NCBI GenBank assembly: GCA_041686025.1
Contig: JAWLEP010000016.1
Coordinates: 24,801 to 62,093, forward strand
DNA from: Candidatus Fermentibacteraceae bacterium
GTDB taxonomy: Bacteria > Fermentibacterota > Fermentibacteria > Fermentibacterales > JCC-6
Length of the DNA: 37,293 nucleotides
Direction of reading: 5' to 3'
The notes beneath the pieces were generated by a model that was given only the letters and a program-made list of their open reading frames with translations, was not told where the DNA came from and searched no databases. This document shows, one piece after another, positions 35,826 to 37,293 of this stretch. Within the stretch, counting starts at the first letter, position 1; the number at the start of each line of letters is the position of its first letter. Position numbers and translations under genes: made by a program.

Positions 35826-37071
35826 CCGGCTCCTCCATCGCCCATCTCCAGAAGGGGACGATACGGACCGTCCTCCCCCCATCGATGGTCTCGCCACCCT
35901 CCTGGTCGTAGGTTACAAGAGTGCCCGAATCCAGGCCGAAGAACTCCATGGCCTCCCCAATGCCGCCCAGCTCCCTTTCCCGGTTCTCACGCTGGAGATG
36001 CCAGCAGACCTGCAGGCATCGGTAACCGCCCCGGCCGTCCTCGTAGACGAAATCACACCCCCTCTGGTCACGGTAGTACCATGATTCGCAGAATCTCCTC
36101 AGGTGCCCGAACACAGCGCTCTCCAGCAGCCGCCCCATGTCGGGGGAGGGGCGAAAGCCAACCGCGCCGCTGAGTCCGTTGTCAACCGGGTATAGCTTCC
36201 GCGAGGAGAGCAGGCTTCTCTTCAGCGACCAGTCAAATCGGCGCAGCTGAAAGACCAGGTAGACTTCCTCCATGTACGAGATGTACTCCTTGACCGACGT
36301 GGCGCTCTTGAAGCCGAATCTCCTGGCCAGCTTCCCATATGTCATGTTGCACCCCGGATTCGACATGGCGAAGTGCGCAAGCTCCCTGAATGCCCGCCTC
36401 TCGCGGATGCCATAGCGGGCGATTATGTCCCGGGCGACTATGTCACGGTAGGTCTGCTCCAGAAGCTCTCTTCTCCGATGCTTCACGTATTCGGGGAATC
36501 CGCCATCGAAGATGTACTCCCTGCTGGCTCTCAGCATTTCCGACACGGACTCGGTGGTCTCCCCCCTGCCGGTTACACCCCTGCACTGCAGAAACTCCTC
36601 GAAGGAGAAAGGGAACAGCTCATGCCGCAAGTGCCGGCCTGTGAGATGGGCACCAAGCTCGTCACTCAGCAGTGAGCTGTTCGATCCCGTAACCACCGTA
36701 TTCAGCCCCATGTCGTGGAGTCGTCTCAGGTATCTCTCCCACTTCGGCGCCATCTGTATCTCATCGAACAGGTACAGCGTCTCCTGGCCCGCGCCCGCGA
36801 AGATCCTCAGAAGCAGGTCGTAGTCATCCGGCGCGAATCCCTCCAGGCGGACGTCGTCGAAGTTGACATATCTGAAGCCCCTCTCCCACTCGCCCGCCAT
36901 CTGCCTGAGAAGAGTGGACTTGCCGCACCGTCGAATCCCCGTTATCGCGAGAATCCGCCCCAGACCCAGCAGGTCTCTCCATGCGAGATCCCTCGGTATT
37001 CCGGGGTCCTTCCGCAGCAGCTCGGAACGCTGGTCGGCTATCAGTCTCTCCAGGTATGTCGCTTCCATCAT
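35803..37071 (-). CDS. ATP-binding protein, AAA_14 + DUF4143 (COG1373-like) (422 aa)
   Basis: Walker A GIRRCGKS, Walker B LFDEIQ, VTGSNS, LTGR, LFPFSFEEF, GGFPE, KLYPVDNGL, CDFV..LQVC; AGGAGG RBS. Confidence 0.93.
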   Translation of the reverse strand: MMEATYLERLIADQRSELLRKDPGIPRDLAWRDLLGLGRILAITGIRRCGKSTLLRQMAGEWERGFRYVNFDDVRLEGFAPDDYDLLLRIFAGAGQETLYLFDEIQMAPKWERYLRRLHDMGLNTVVTGSNSSLLSDELGAHLTGRHLRHELFPFSFEEFLQCRGVTGRGETTESVSEMLRASREYIFDGGFPEYVKHRRRELLEQTYRDIVARDIIARYGIRERRAFRELAHFAMSNPGCNMTYGKLARRFGFKSATSVKEYISYMEEVYLVFQLRRFDWSLKRSLLSSRKLYPVDNGLSGAVGFRPSPDMGRLLESAVFGHLRRFCESWYYRDQRGCDFVYEDGRGGYRCLQVCWHLQRENRERELGGIGEAMEFFGLDSGTLVTYDQEGGETIDGGRTVRIVPFWRWAMEEPVSGRGRR

Positions 37072-37102
37072 CCTCCTTCGAAGAAGAACATATCCGAATT
37101 TC

Positions 37103-37151
37103 CAACATTGTCAATGTTGAATTTCCTCATTATTCCACATTAGCAATGTTG
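37103..37151. promoter_or_regulatory. Two palindromic operator-like sites CAACATTGnCAATGTTG
   Basis: Perfect copy at 37103-37119 and a 2-mismatch copy at 37135-37151 (32-bp period), in AT-rich DNA upstream of the ATPase. Confidence 0.6.
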
Positions 37152-37265
37152 GTAGATGGCCACATTGGATGGATTCACGGCAGCCGCGTTCCTTCGGGGC
37201 TTCCGCCGGAGGCAAGGCGAATGGTATAGTGCCGACACACAGGGACACATACCGCAGGGGGGAAG

Positions 37266-37293
37266 ATGGCGCTGATCAGAAGGGCCGACGAGC
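37266..37293 (+). CDS. Start of a divergent gene (MALIRRADE...), truncated by the window end
   Basis: ATG after a purine-rich RBS; extended -10-like TGGTATAGT at 37222-37230. Confidence 0.4.

Noticed and set aside
1..37293. tRNA, rRNA or integrase genes
   Set aside because: None recognisable by eye; a covariance-model search was not possible.

Overview
High-GC bacterial window from a diderm organism. The TonB receptor, the C25 peptidases with T9SS/FlgD-like C-terminal domains and the lipoprotein families suggest an FCB-group lineage, possibly Ca. Fermentibacterota (inference only). Positions 286-23717 are mostly core and envelope genes: DUF1015, S41 peptidase, TonB-dependent receptor, LarE-like protein, beta-barrel-fused SppA, several beta-propeller lipoproteins, and an eIF-2B-like gene coupled to addBA. 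Positions 23764-32363 hold secreted proteins: one gene interrupted by a single in-frame UGA that is followed by a SECIS-like hairpin, two C25 gingipain-like peptidases, and a PlpD-like patatin-Omp85 protein. The most interesting part is a ~3.3 kb lower-GC island (32364-35647) bounded by a diverged duplicate of the patatin 3' end. On the minus strand it carries an IS91-family transposase remnant, a sigma70-like promoter, a CX5R phosphatase, a Zn-deaminase/HATPase_c_4/winged-HTH fusion (frameshifted near its end), a structured TGGCGRGAT repeat array and a type I restriction hsdR remnant. This is a candidate decaying, RM-associated defence module. A COG1373 ATPase with palindromic upstream sites follows. 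All calls come from motif reading; no database searches were run.
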